A stretch of 64,000 bases of DNA from Candidatus Eiseniibacteriota bacterium (lineage in GTDB: Bacteria; Eisenbacteria; RBG-16-71-46): positions 1,120,001 through 1,184,000 of the forward strand of contig CAVQXP010000004.1 in assembly GCA_963717935.1 (NCBI GenBank). The letters run 5' to 3'. The position numbers and the translations under genes were made by a program. The number at the start of each line of letters is the position of its first letter. The stretch's first letter is position 1. Below are positions 31,715-42,853 of the stretch, piece after piece. The notes under the pieces are model-generated. The model saw only the letters and a list, made by a program, of their open reading frames with translations, did not search any database and was not told the origin of the DNA.

Positions 31715-32623
31715 ATGACCACCACGAGCACGACTCCCGGTGGCGGCCCGGCCGCCGGGGTGAAGAAGGTCGCCGTCGTGGGCGGTGGCACCATGGGGAA
31801 CGGCATCGCCCAGACGTTCGCCGCCGCCGGCTTCGACGTCGAGCTGGTGGACGTGAAGCCCGAGTTCGTGGAGCGCGCGCTGGGGGCGATCGCGGCGAGC
31901 CTCGCGCGAATGGCGAAGAAGCAGGAGTGGCCGGCGGATCGCGTGCCGGCCGTGCTCGCGCGCGTCCACGGCGGCACGAGTCTCGACGTCGCGCACGACT
32001 GCCAGGTCGTGATCGAGGCGGTGAACGAGGACGCCGCGCTCAAGCGCGTCATCTTCCAGCGGTTCGACGCGGTGGCAGCGCCCGGGGCCATCCTCGCCAG
32101 CAACACCTCGAGCATCTCGATCACCGAGATCGCCTCGGCCACGAAACGCCCGGACCGGGTCGTCGGCATGCATTTCATGAATCCGGCGCCCGTCATGGCC
32201 CTGGTCGAGATCGTCCGCGGGCCCGCCACCAGCGACGCCACCTGCGCGCTGATCGCGGACCTGGCCGTGCGCCTCGGCAAGACGCCGGTCGTGGTGAACG
32301 ACTCGCCGGGCTTCGTCTCGAACCGCATCCTGATGCCCATGATCAACGAGGCCTGCTTCACGCTCGAGGAGGGCGTGGCCACCCGGGAGGCCATCGACAC
32401 GGTGATGAAGGTGGGCATGAACCACCCGCTCGGTCCGCTCGCGCTCGCCGACCTGATCGGGCTCGACGTCTGCCTCGACATCATGGAGGTGCTGCACCAC
32501 GGGCTGGACGACTCGAAGTACCGTCCCTGCCCGCTGCTCGGGAAGCTGGTGAAGGCCGGCCACCTCGGGCGCAAGAGCGGCCGCGGTTTCTACGAGTACC
32601 CGGAGACGCCGAAGGGGACGTGA
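31715..32623 (+). CDS. hbd: 3-hydroxybutyryl-CoA dehydrogenase
   Basis: GGGTMGNGIAQ, ASNTSSIS, GMHFMNP, PGFVSNR, NHPLGPL, GRKSGRGFY. Confidence 0.93.
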   Translation: MTTTSTTPGGGPAAGVKKVAVVGGGTMGNGIAQTFAAAGFDVELVDVKPEFVERALGAIAASLARMAKKQEWPADRVPAVLARVHGGTSLDVAHDCQVVIEAVNEDAALKRVIFQRFDAVAAPGAILASNTSSISITEIASATKRPDRVVGMHFMNPAPVMALVEIVRGPATSDATCALIADLAVRLGKTPVVVNDSPGFVSNRILMPMINEACFTLEEGVATREAIDTVMKVGMNHPLGPLALADLIGLDVCLDIMEVLHHGLDDSKYRPCPLLGKLVKAGHLGRKSGRGFYEYPETPKGT

Positions 32624-32645
32624 GCGGCGGGGGGCCTGCGCGGTC

Positions 32646-32676
32646 GCGAGGGGTGGCCGAAGAGGCCACCCCTCGC
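32646..32676. terminator. 13-bp perfect hairpin between convergent genes (putative bidirectional terminator)
   Basis: GCGAGGGGTGGCC-GAAGA-GGCCACCCCTCGC; no clear U-tract. Confidence 0.55.
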
Positions 32677-32739
32677 TCGCTTCGTCACCAGGTCTCGCCG
32701 TCCCTCGCCGGGGCACGCTGCGGCGTTCGGGGTGCGGCC

Positions 32740-33198
32740 TCAGGCCCCGGGAGCGCCGCTCCCCCTGCCCGCGTCGTCGCGCCGGTCCAGGTCGATCCCC
32801 CTGGGGGCCATCCACTGGGCGTAGACGAACAGGGCGAGGCCGATGAAGAGCGGGAGGAACGCCACGCCCAGCGCTTCCGCGTCCTGCTTGACGAGCACGA
32901 TGCCCAGCAGCCCGATGCCCGAGCCCGCCGTGATGAGCCCGCCGAGCCGCTGGCCCTCGCGGCGCCGCCGCTGGTGGAGGAGGTCCTCCTGGCGCTGCAG
33001 CTCGATCAGGGCCTCCGCCGGCGCGCCCTGCTCGAGCGCCTTCTTCCTCAGCTCGAAGCGGTAGTAGGTGTCCCGTTCCTTGCGCCGCTGGCTCAGATAG
33101 GTGGCGATGGACAGGAACGTGAACAGGGCGATGACGCCGATCACGATACCGATGGTCTTCAGTGCAATGGGGCTCAGCAGCGAATCCAGGACGAGCAT
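32740..33198 (-). CDS. Small membrane protein (DUF6249-like) divergent from the ECF sigma gene
   Basis: GGAGG RBS, TM helix, RRKER..ELRKKALEQG, two C-terminal TM helices. Confidence 0.7.
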   Translation of the reverse strand: MLVLDSLLSPIALKTIGIVIGVIALFTFLSIATYLSQRRKERDTYYRFELRKKALEQGAPAEALIELQRQEDLLHQRRRREGQRLGGLITAGSGIGLLGIVLVKQDAEALGVAFLPLFIGLALFVYAQWMAPRGIDLDRRDDAGRGSGAPGA

Positions 33199-33244
33199 GT
33201 CGGCCTCCGCGGGTCTCGGGTCACTTCCCTCGAACGTGGGGTTG

Positions 33245-33271
33245 GACGCCGGCGGCCCGCGCCGGGTTGCA
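33245..33271 (-). promoter_or_regulatory. ECF-sigma-type promoter for the DUF6249-like gene
   Basis: TGCAAC-17nt-CGTC on the minus strand. Confidence 0.7.
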
Positions 33272-33342
33272 TGGTCCGGCCCCGCGTGCCTCGCCGGGGC
33301 CGGCCCCCGGCGGCTTCCCATCGGGGGGGCCCGGCGGGAAGA

Positions 33343-33369
33343 TGCAACCTGATCGCCCCGCCGGGCGTC
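33343..33369 (+). promoter_or_regulatory. ECF-sigma-type autoregulatory promoter
   Basis: TGCAAC-17nt-CGTC upstream of the ECF sigma RBS. Confidence 0.7.
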
Positions 33370-33393
33370 CCACCCGGCGCAAGGAGGAGTCTG

Positions 33394-33951
33394 GTGGCCG
33401 ACGATCCCGATCTGCTCGACGTGCGCCGGGTGCTGCAGGGTGACGTCGAAGCCTTCGAGGGCATCGTCCGCCGCTGGCAGAGACCGCTCGTGAACCTCGC
33501 CTTCCGTCTGTGCCGTGATCGGGGCCTGGCCGAGGACCTGACCCAGGAGGCCTTCGTGAAGGCCTACCGGGGGCTGGCTCGCTGGCGGGGCGAGGGCTGC
33601 TTCTCGACCTGGCTCTTCGCCCTGACGCTCAATCACTGCCGCAGCCGGCTGCGCCGCTTCCGGCCGCCGATGGTGGACATCGACGATGTCCCCGATGTCG
33701 CCGTGCCCCCGGACGGAGAGCGCCAGGTCGACGAGGCGCAGCGCGCCGGGATCGTGCGCCGGGCGGTGGCCGACCTCCCCGAGCGCTATCGCGATGCCGT
33801 GGTCCTGTTCTACCTTCGGGGCGCGAGCCTGGAGGAGGCGGCGAGCAGCCTCCAGGTGCCCGAGGGGACCCTCAAGGCGCGGCTCCACCGCGCCCGCGCC
33901 ATGCTGCGCGGGAGGCTCCTGCTTCTGGGTCCGCTCGCGGGGGAGGAGTGA
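33394..33951 (+). CDS. ECF RNA polymerase sigma factor
   Basis: AAGGAGGAG RBS; GDVEAF, AEDLTQEAF, FSTWLF, N.CR, region 4 GTLKARLHRAR. Confidence 0.92.
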   Translation: MADDPDLLDVRRVLQGDVEAFEGIVRRWQRPLVNLAFRLCRDRGLAEDLTQEAFVKAYRGLARWRGEGCFSTWLFALTLNHCRSRLRRFRPPMVDIDDVPDVAVPPDGERQVDEAQRAGIVRRAVADLPERYRDAVVLFYLRGASLEEAASSLQVPEGTLKARLHRARAMLRGRLLLLGPLAGEE

Positions 33952-34313
33952 TGCGCCAGGACGACATCGGCCGCCTGCTGGCCCTGGAGGAGATGATCGA
34001 GCCGTCGCCGGGCTTCACGGCCTCGGTGATGGGTGCGGTGCGGCGCGAGGCGGAGACCCTGGAGCCGCTCGCCTTCCCGTGGCGCCGCGCCCTGCCCGGA
34101 CTGGTGCTCTCCGCCGCCGGGCTGGTGGCGGGACTCGCGCTGCTCGTCGTGGCCTTCATCTCCGCGCCCGCCTCCGAGACGGCCGTCGTCTGGACCATCC
34201 CCGCCTGGCTCAGTGGCGGGCGCCTGCTGTCCGCGGCCGCGCTGGCGGGCTCGCTCTTCGTCGCCTGGCTCGCCGTACGTCTCTCCCGGGCAGCCAGCGA
34301 TACGGTCTTCTAG
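33948..34313 (+). CDS. Putative membrane anti-sigma factor
   Basis: Overlaps the sigma stop; EPSPGFTASVM motif followed by two TM helices. Confidence 0.68.
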   Translation: MMRQDDIGRLLALEEMIEPSPGFTASVMGAVRREAETLEPLAFPWRRALPGLVLSAAGLVAGLALLVVAFISAPASETAVVWTIPAWLSGGRLLSAAALAGSLFVAWLAVRLSRAASDTVF

Positions 34314-34460
34314 GCTCGCTGACCGGCCGGCCCCCGCGGCCCCCCGCGGACGCCACGCGGACTGAGCGACCCGGGACGTCTCTGCTAGACTATCCGGCCA
34401 GCCGGGTGGGGAGGCTCCGCTTCCCCGCGGACGCCCAGACCCGAGCATCGAGGAGCAGCC

Positions 34461-35582
34461 ATGTCGAAAGTCGCCGTCCTGCGCACGTCGCCCGAGACCG
34501 TCGTCCAGGACTATGGTCGCCTGATGGACCTCGCGGGCTACCGCCAGGTCCTGCCCTTCGACAAGCAGACCTGCCTGCGCATCAACATCTCCTGGCACGT
34601 CTACATGCCGGCCTGCTCGACCACGCCCTGGCAGATGCACGGGATCATCGAGAAGCTGAAGAGCGACGGCTACGATGTCTCGCGCGACCTCATCGCGGCG
34701 CAGAACGACACGGTCGTGGTCTCGTGCCGCGAGGGCGCGGTGAACAACCACCTGCAGCCCGTGCTCGACCACTTCCGGGTCCCCATCCAGTACCTGAGCG
34801 AGCCGCCCACGGAGTGGATCACCTACCAGCCCAAGTCGAAGATGCTGGTGCTCGACCGGGTGTTCGAGAAGCAGGGCATCCAGATCCCGAAGCTGCTGAT
34901 GGGGAAGAGCGTCATCCACATGCCCACGGTCAAGACCCACATCTTCACCGGTACGACCGGCTCGATGAAGAACGCCTTCGGCGGGCTGCTGAACCTGAAC
35001 CGTCACTGGACGCACTCGGTCATCCACGAGACGCTCGTGGACCTGCTGCGCATCCAGAAGGAGATCCACCCCGGGATCCTCGCGGTGATGGACGGCACCA
35101 TCGTGGGGGATGGCCCCGGCCCGCGCGCCATGCGGCCGCACGTCAAGAACTACATCCTCGCCTCGGACGACTGCGTGGCCATCGACGCGGTCGCGGCGAA
35201 GATGATGGGCTTCGACCCCATGACCGACCTCAAGTTCATCCGCCTGGCGCACGAGAACGGCCTGGGCGTCGGCCGCCCCGAGGAGATCGAGATCGTGGGC
35301 GACGACATCAAGGGCGTGAACTTCGGCTTCCGCGGCTCGCTGAACGAGAACACCTTCGCCTCGTGGGGCCAGAAGCTCATCTACTGGGGCCCGCTGAAGC
35401 CGCTCGAGAACCTGCTGCTGCGCTCGCCCATCGTGCCCTGGAGCTACGTCGCCTCGCGGGCCTACCACGACGGCTACTGGTTCCCGATCAAGGGCAAGCC
35501 GCGCGTGCGCGAGATCATGAAGACCGGCTGGGGCGACCTGTTCCGCGCCTACGGCGACGGCCGGGCGCTGGGGAAGGTCTAG
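34461..35582 (+). CDS. DUF362 domain protein
   Basis: INISWH..PACSTTPWQ, PTVKTH..TTGSMKNAFGGL, AVMDGT..GDGPGP, VAIDAVAAK. Confidence 0.85.
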   Translation: MSKVAVLRTSPETVVQDYGRLMDLAGYRQVLPFDKQTCLRINISWHVYMPACSTTPWQMHGIIEKLKSDGYDVSRDLIAAQNDTVVVSCREGAVNNHLQPVLDHFRVPIQYLSEPPTEWITYQPKSKMLVLDRVFEKQGIQIPKLLMGKSVIHMPTVKTHIFTGTTGSMKNAFGGLLNLNRHWTHSVIHETLVDLLRIQKEIHPGILAVMDGTIVGDGPGPRAMRPHVKNYILASDDCVAIDAVAAKMMGFDPMTDLKFIRLAHENGLGVGRPEEIEIVGDDIKGVNFGFRGSLNENTFASWGQKLIYWGPLKPLENLLLRSPIVPWSYVASRAYHDGYWFPIKGKPRVREIMKTGWGDLFRAYGDGRALGKV

Positions 35583-35688
35583 CAGGCGGTGGTGCTGGGC
35601 GGTGGCGCGTGTGCGCCGCCGCCCCGTGTTCCCGGGTCGGGCGCGAAGGGGGCTGGCAGGCGCGCCCGCGAGTGCTAAGTTCCCCGCC

Positions 35689-36586
35689 ATGCCCGCCCTC
35701 GAAGTCTCGGATCTCGCCAGGCGCTACGGCCGCGTGCACGCCCTGCGGGGCGTGAGCTTCGCGCTCGAGCCGGGCGAGGTCTTCGGCTACCTGGGGCCCA
35801 ACGGCGCGGGCAAGACCACCACCCTGCGCGTCATCCTCGGCCTCGTCCACGCCGACCGCGGCTCCGTGCGCCTGCTGGGCGAGCCCGCGGGGCGCGCGAG
35901 CGCCCGCGAGCGCATCGGCTACCTGCCGGGCGAGTTGCGGCTCCACGGCGGCATGACGGGTCGTGCGCTGCTCGACCACTTCGCGCGCTTCCGTCCGTCG
36001 CGGCCGCCGGTGCTGCGCGAGCGGTTGCTCGGCGCGCTCGACCTCGAGGAATCCGACCTCGCGCGGCGGGTGAAATGGCTCTCCCACGGCACCCGGCAGA
36101 AGATCGGGCTGGTGATCGCCATGCAGCACGATCCGGACGTGGTGTTGCTCGACGAGCCCACCAACGGGCTCGACCCGCTGGTGCAGCAAGGCTTCCGTGA
36201 CCTGGTGCGCGAGCTGGCAGCGCGCGGGCGGACGATCCTGCTTCTCCTCGCACGTGCTCTCCGAGGTCGAGGCCGTGTGCGGGCGCGTGGCGGTGCTGCG
36301 CGCGGGCGAGCTGCTGGCGGTGGAGGAGATCGAGGCGCTGCGCGCGCGCCTCGTGCGCCGCCTCGAGGCCCGCTTCCGCGGGCCCGCCCCCGGCAGCCTC
36401 GCCGCGCTGCCGGGTGTGACGCGTGCCGAGGTCGCGGGCAGTGCCGCCACGCTCTGGCTCCAGGGCGACGTGAACCCGCTGCTGCGGCGGCTCGCGGAGT
36501 GTGAGGTCGAGCACCTGGTCTTCCCCGAGCCCCAGCTCGAAGACGTCTTCCTCGATCTCTACCGCGACCGGGGAGGGGTGGGCTGA
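35689..36586 (+). CDS. ABC transporter ATP-binding protein, frameshift near 36245
   Basis: Walker A GPNGAGKTT, LSHG signature, LLDEPT, SSHVLSEVE in the next frame. Confidence 0.88.
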
Positions 36587-37385
36587 TGCGCAACCTCCTG
36601 CGGCTCCTGCTGGCGCGGCACGCCGTCTACGTGGTGGTGAGCGGCCTGCTGCTCGGCGGCTTCCAGTGGCTGATCTGCGCCGTGGTCGCCTCGACGGACG
36701 TGACCGGCGCACTCGGCACGCTGGTCCAGTCGCTGCCGCCGATGGTCCAGTCCATGGTCTCGGAGCAGTTCTTCGGCGGGTTCTCGAAGGGGAGCCTGCT
36801 GGCCTTCGGTTGGGCGCACCCGATCGCGCAGGCGGTGGGCGCGGCGCTGGCGGTCGTGCTGGCGACGCAGGCGGTGGCCGGCGAGTCCGAGTCCGGCACC
36901 ATCGAGCTGACTCTGGGCCAGCCGATCGCGCGGCACACCTACCTGGCAGCGCACGTCGTCTTCGCGCTCACGGTGCTCGTCTTCGTCACGCTGCTGGGGC
37001 TCGGTCGGACGATCGCCGGGGGCCGCTTCTACGGTCTCGAGCCGTTCCGCCTGGCGGCGCTGGCGCGACTCGGGCTCGACTATCTCGCCCTGCAGGCGGC
37101 GCTGTTCGGGCTGACGCTGATGTTCTCGGCCTTCGGCCGCGAGGGCGGTCGCGTGGCGCTGTTCGGCTTCCTCTGCGCGCTGGTCTCGTACCTCGTCCAC
37201 GTCATCGGCACGATGTGGGACGGGTGGAAGCCGCTGCTGCCGTACACGCTCCACGCGTACTACGTGCCGAAGGACGTCCTGGTCGAGAGCGCTGGCGTGG
37301 CCCGCCCCGTCGCGATGCTGCTCGCGGTGGCGCTGGCGGGCTGCTCGTGGCGTGGTGGCGGTTCCGGCGCCGGGACCTGCCGTAG
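36586..37385 (+). CDS. ABC-2 type transporter permease, frameshift near 37340
   Basis: AGESESGTIELTLGQPIAR motif, multiple TM helices, C-terminal FRRRDLP in a shifted frame. Confidence 0.82.
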
Positions 37386-37402
37386 GCCCGGCGCCGGCTC
37401 CT

Positions 37403-37784
37403 TCAGCCCTCGAACACCACCGTCGCGATCGCCAGCCCGCCGTCGTGCGTGAGCGAGAGGTGCGCGGCGGTGCAGCCGAGTGAGGCGAAGAGCTCGCGGC
37501 CCCTGCCGTGGAACTCGAGCCGCGGCTGGCGGCCGCCCGGCTGGATGACCTCGAAGTCCTTCCAGCCCACGCCCTGGCTCATGCCCGTGCCGAGCGCCTT
37601 CGAGGCCGCCTCCTTCGCCGCGAAGCGCGCGGCGAGATGGGGCAGGGGGTCGCCGGAAGGAGCGGCAGTAGGCCAGCTCGCCCTCGGTGAACAGGCGGCG
37701 CTCCATCCGCTCGCCGAAGCGCCCGAGGGCCTCGACGATGCGCTCGACCTTCACGACATCCACTCCGATCCCGCGGACGGGCAT
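37403..37784 (-). CDS. acpS: Holo-[acyl-carrier-protein] synthase, frameshift near 37655
   Basis: GIGVDVV, LFTEGE, LAARFAAKEAASKALGTG, HLSLTHD. Confidence 0.88.
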
Positions 37785-37805
37785 GGGGCCTCCGGTGCTG
37801 GGTGA

Positions 37806-39296
<1,491 letters not shown>

Positions 39297-39371
39297 AGCG
39301 CCCGCCGGCGTGACCGGCGGACACCCCGATCACCGGCCGTGACGGCCGGTCTTCCAACCGAGGATCCACAC

Positions 39372-39725
39372 ATGCTCATGGTCAGCGACGCATTCGCTCA
39401 GGGGTTGTTCGGCGGCGGCGGCTCGGCCGCGTCCGGCTCGCCGAACCCGAACATGACCTTCATCCTGCAGATCGCGCAGTTCCTGCCGATCATCGCCATC
39501 TTCTACCTGTTGCTCATCCGCCCGCAGCAGCAGCAGGCGAAGAAGCTCAAGCTCATGCTGGCCGCGCTCAAGAGAGGCGACAAGGTCGTGACCTCGGGCG
39601 GGCTGATGGGCACGATCGTCGGGCTCGACGAGCACAAGGCGGTGCTGCGCGTCGCGGACGACGTCAAGATGGAGTTCCTCAAGAGCGCCATCGTGAGCGT
39701 CGTGACGGAGGGCCAGCAGAAGTGA
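39372..39725 (+). CDS. yajC: Preprotein translocase subunit YajC
   Basis: FYLLLIRPQ, LKRGDKVVTSGGLMG; follows tgt. Confidence 0.93.
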   Translation: MLMVSDAFAQGLFGGGGSAASGSPNPNMTFILQIAQFLPIIAIFYLLLIRPQQQQAKKLKLMLAALKRGDKVVTSGGLMGTIVGLDEHKAVLRVADDVKMEFLKSAIVSVVTEGQQK

Positions 39726-40282
39726 GTCTCCGGCCCGTGCGCATCTACGGCGACCCCGTGCTGCGCGACCGGGCGGTCGAGGTGCCCGGCGTGGACGACA
39801 CCCTGCGGCAGCTGATCGCCGACATGCGCGAGACCATGAAGGCCTACGGTGGCGTGGGCCTCGCCGCCAACCAGGTCGGCGTGGCGCAGCGCGTGCTGGT
39901 CGTGGACGTGCCGCTGGACGAGGGCGAGCGCGGGGTCCACGCGCTCATCAACCCGGTGGTGAAGCGGCGCGTCGGCACCATCAGCGGCGAGGAGGGCTGT
40001 CTCTCGGTCCCCGGCATCTGGGACGACGTGACGCGTTCCGAGCGCGTGGTGGTGGAGGCGCTCGACGAGGAGGGCCGCAGGCTCGAGCTGGACGTCGAGG
40101 GCTACCTCGCGCGCGCCATCCAGCACGAGATCGACCACCTCGAGGGCGTGCTGTTCGTGGACCGGCTCTCGCCGCTCAAGCGGCAGTTCCTGCGGCGTTC
40201 GCTCGACGAGCTGGCGCGCGGGGAGCTGCCCGAGGACTACCACCCGCCGGTGGACCGCGGGGGACACGGAGGCTCGTTCTGA
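39722..40282 (+). CDS. def: Peptide deformylase
   Basis: GVGLAANQ, EGCLS, QHEIDHL. Confidence 0.96.
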   Translation: MSLRPVRIYGDPVLRDRAVEVPGVDDTLRQLIADMRETMKAYGGVGLAANQVGVAQRVLVVDVPLDEGERGVHALINPVVKRRVGTISGEEGCLSVPGIWDDVTRSERVVVEALDEEGRRLELDVEGYLARAIQHEIDHLEGVLFVDRLSPLKRQFLRRSLDELARGELPEDYHPPVDRGGHGGSF

Positions 40283-40296
40283 GCGGGCCCCGGGTC

Positions 40297-41240
40297 GTGT
40301 TCATGGGCACGCCGGACTTCGCGGTGCCCGCCCTGCGCGCGGTGGCCCGCACCTGCGACGTCGCGCTGGTGGTGACGCAGCCCGACCGGCCGAAGGGCCG
40401 CGGGCGCGCGCTGGCCGAGTCGGAGGTCGCGCTCGAAGCGGCGCGGCTGGGGCTGCCGGTCGAGAAGCCGGCGGAGATGAAGTCCGAGGCGGTGCGTGAG
40501 CGGATCGCCTCGCTCTCGCCCGACCTGTTCGCCGTGGTGGCCTTCGGCGCGATCCTGAGCCCCGCGCTGCTGGCGCTGCCGCGGCTCGGCGCGGTCAACC
40601 TGCACGGCTCGCTCCTGCCCGAGTACCGCGGCGCCTCGCCGGTGCAGCGCGCGCTGTGGGACGGACGCGCCTTCACCGGCGTGACCACGCTCTTCATGGA
40701 CGAGGGCGTGGACACGGGCGACATGATCCTGCAGCGCTGGCTCGCCATCGAGCCCGACGACCACGCCGGCACGCTGGCGGCGAAGCTCGCCGAGTTCGGG
40801 GCTCCGCTGCTGGCCGAGAGCCTGCTGCTCGCGGCGGCCGGCAAGGCGCCGCGCCGCCCGCAGGCGCGGGACGAGCGGCTCGTACGCCCGGAAGCTGCGC
40901 AAGGAGGACGGCGTGGTGGACTGGGCGACTGGACGCGGTGACGGTCTGGAACCGGCAGCGCGCGGTGACGCCGTGGCCCGGAGCGACGACGGCCTCCGAG
41001 GGCAGGCGCCTGCTCGTCACGGGCGCGTGGCCGCACCACCGGCTGGCCGTGCCCGAGCCGCCGGGGACGGTGCTGGCGGTGACCCGCGAGGGCGTGATGG
41101 TGGCGTGCGCTCCCGGCGTGCTGCTGGTGACGCGCGTGAAGCCCGAGGGCCGCTCCGAGATGGGCGCGGTCGAGTGGGCGCGCGGGGCGCGGCTCGCGAC
41201 CGGTGCGCGCCTGGTGCTGCCGAAGGAGGTGCCCGCGTGA
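40297..41240 (+). CDS. fmt: Methionyl-tRNA formyltransferase, frameshifts near 40870-40935
   Basis: FMGTPDFA, TQPDRPKGRG, NLHGSLLPEYRGASP, C-terminal domain (PWPGA, PGTV, KPEGR) in another frame; true start may be slightly upstream. Confidence 0.9.
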
Positions 41241-42853
41241 GCCCGCCGGGTGGCGGTGGATCGCGTGGGGGCGAAGGCCGCGGCCAGGGCCCGCGCCGCA
41301 AGGCCCGATTCCCGGGCCCCAAGCCCTCGGGCCAGGCGGGGGCGGTGAACCGCTCGCGCCCGATCTACGAGCCCGCGCCGAGGCGCGGACGGCGGCCCGG
41401 CGGGCCCGCGCGGCGCTTCGAGCGCCCGGGCGCCGGACTGCCCGGCACGGGCCGCGGCGGTGACGCCGGCCGCGGGCCCAACGGCGGTCGCGGCCTGCCC
41501 TTCGAGGAGAAGGGCCCGCCGCCGCTGCCCTCGAACCCCCGCGAGGCCGCGCTGCGCATCCTGCACGCGGCCGACACGCGCAGCGCCTTCAGCGACCGGA
41601 TGCTCGACGGCGCGCACGCGCACGGCGGGCCCGATCCGCGCGACCAGGCGCTCATGCACGAGCTGGTCAAGGGCACGCTGCGCTGGCGTGGCCGGCTCGA
41701 CTGGTCGCTCGACCCGCTGATCCACATCGGCTTCTCGCAGGTCCAGCCCTGGATCAAGAACATCCTGCGGCTCGGCGCCTACCAGATCCTGTTCCTCGAC
41801 CGCGTGCCGCCGCACGCCGCGGTGGACGAATCGGTGAAGCTCGCGCACAAGTACGGGCACCCCGGCACGGCCGGGCTGGTGAACAGCGTGCTGCGCCGCC
41901 TCGTCGAGGAGAAGGACCGGATCGTGCCGCCGGCGGGCGACGACGCCGAGTCGCTGGCGGTGTGGGGCTCGCACCCGCGCTGGATCGTCGAGCGCTGGCT
42001 CGCGCGCTTCGGGCCCGAGGCCACGCGCGCACTGCTGCTGGCCGACAATCGCGCGGTGCCGGTGGGGCTGCGCGTGAATCGCCTGCGCCTGACGCGCGAC
42101 GAGCTGATCGCGAAGCTCGCCGACGCGGGCGTGGTGGCCACGCCCGCGCGGCTGGCGAGCGACCTGGTGTGGATCGAGGGCACGCACGCCCCGGGCGCGC
42201 TCGAGGCGTTCAAGCGCGGCCTGTGCACGGTGCAGGACGAGAGCGAGGCGCTGGTCTGCCGCCTGGTCGCGCCCGAGCCGCACGAGCGGCTGCTCGACCT
42301 GTGCGCCGCACCCGGCGGCAAGAGCACGCACCTGGCGGAGTTGATGGGCGACGAGGGCGAGGTCTGGGCGATGGAGCGCGCCGAGGCGCGCGTGGCGTCA
42401 CTCGAGGCCACGGTCGCGCGGCTCGGCACGCATGCCGTGCACGTGGTGCTCGGCGACGGGCGCATCTACCCGTTCCCGATGCCCTTCGACCGCGTGCTGG
42501 TGGACGCGCCCTGCACGGGGCTCGGCGTGCTCGGCCGCCGCGCGGATGCGCGCTGGCGCAAGGGCCCGGAGTCGCTGCGCGAGCTGCCACCCGCGCAGCT
42601 CGAGTTGCTCTCCGCGGGCGGCCGCCGCGCGCGCCCGGGCGGCGTGCTGGTCTACAGCGTCTGCTCGTTCGAGCCCGAGGAGACCACCGAGGTGGTCGAG
42701 CGCTTCCTGCGCCAGGATCCGGCCTTCGTGCTGGAGAGCGTGCAGGGCCTGGTGCCCGACGAACTGGTGGACGTGGACGGCTTCATGCGCGTGCTGCCTC
42801 ACGTGCACGGTTGCGACGGCGCCTTCGCCGCGCGCTTCCGCAGGATCTCATGA
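41237..42853 (+). CDS. rsmB: 16S rRNA m5C967 methyltransferase with long Gly/Arg-rich N-terminal extension
   Basis: NusB-like domain, SHPRW, VQDES, LDLCAAPGGKS, DAPCTG, VYSVCS. Confidence 0.92.
   Translation: MSPPGGGGSRGGEGRGQGPRRKARFPGPKPSGQAGAVNRSRPIYEPAPRRGRRPGGPARRFERPGAGLPGTGRGGDAGRGPNGGRGLPFEEKGPPPLPSNPREAALRILHAADTRSAFSDRMLDGAHAHGGPDPRDQALMHELVKGTLRWRGRLDWSLDPLIHIGFSQVQPWIKNILRLGAYQILFLDRVPPHAAVDESVKLAHKYGHPGTAGLVNSVLRRLVEEKDRIVPPAGDDAESLAVWGSHPRWIVERWLARFGPEATRALLLADNRAVPVGLRVNRLRLTRDELIAKLADAGVVATPARLASDLVWIEGTHAPGALEAFKRGLCTVQDESEALVCRLVAPEPHERLLDLCAAPGGKSTHLAELMGDEGEVWAMERAEARVASLEATVARLGTHAVHVVLGDGRIYPFPMPFDRVLVDAPCTGLGVLGRRADARWRKGPESLRELPPAQLELLSAGGRRARPGGVLVYSVCSFEPEETTEVVERFLRQDPAFVLESVQGLVPDELVDVDGFMRVLPHVHGCDGAFAARFRRIS

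Noticed and set aside
31927..33393. Long extension upstream of the ECF sigma (674-aa ORF)
   Set aside because: Overlaps hbd and the divergent membrane gene; a strong RBS marks the start at 33394
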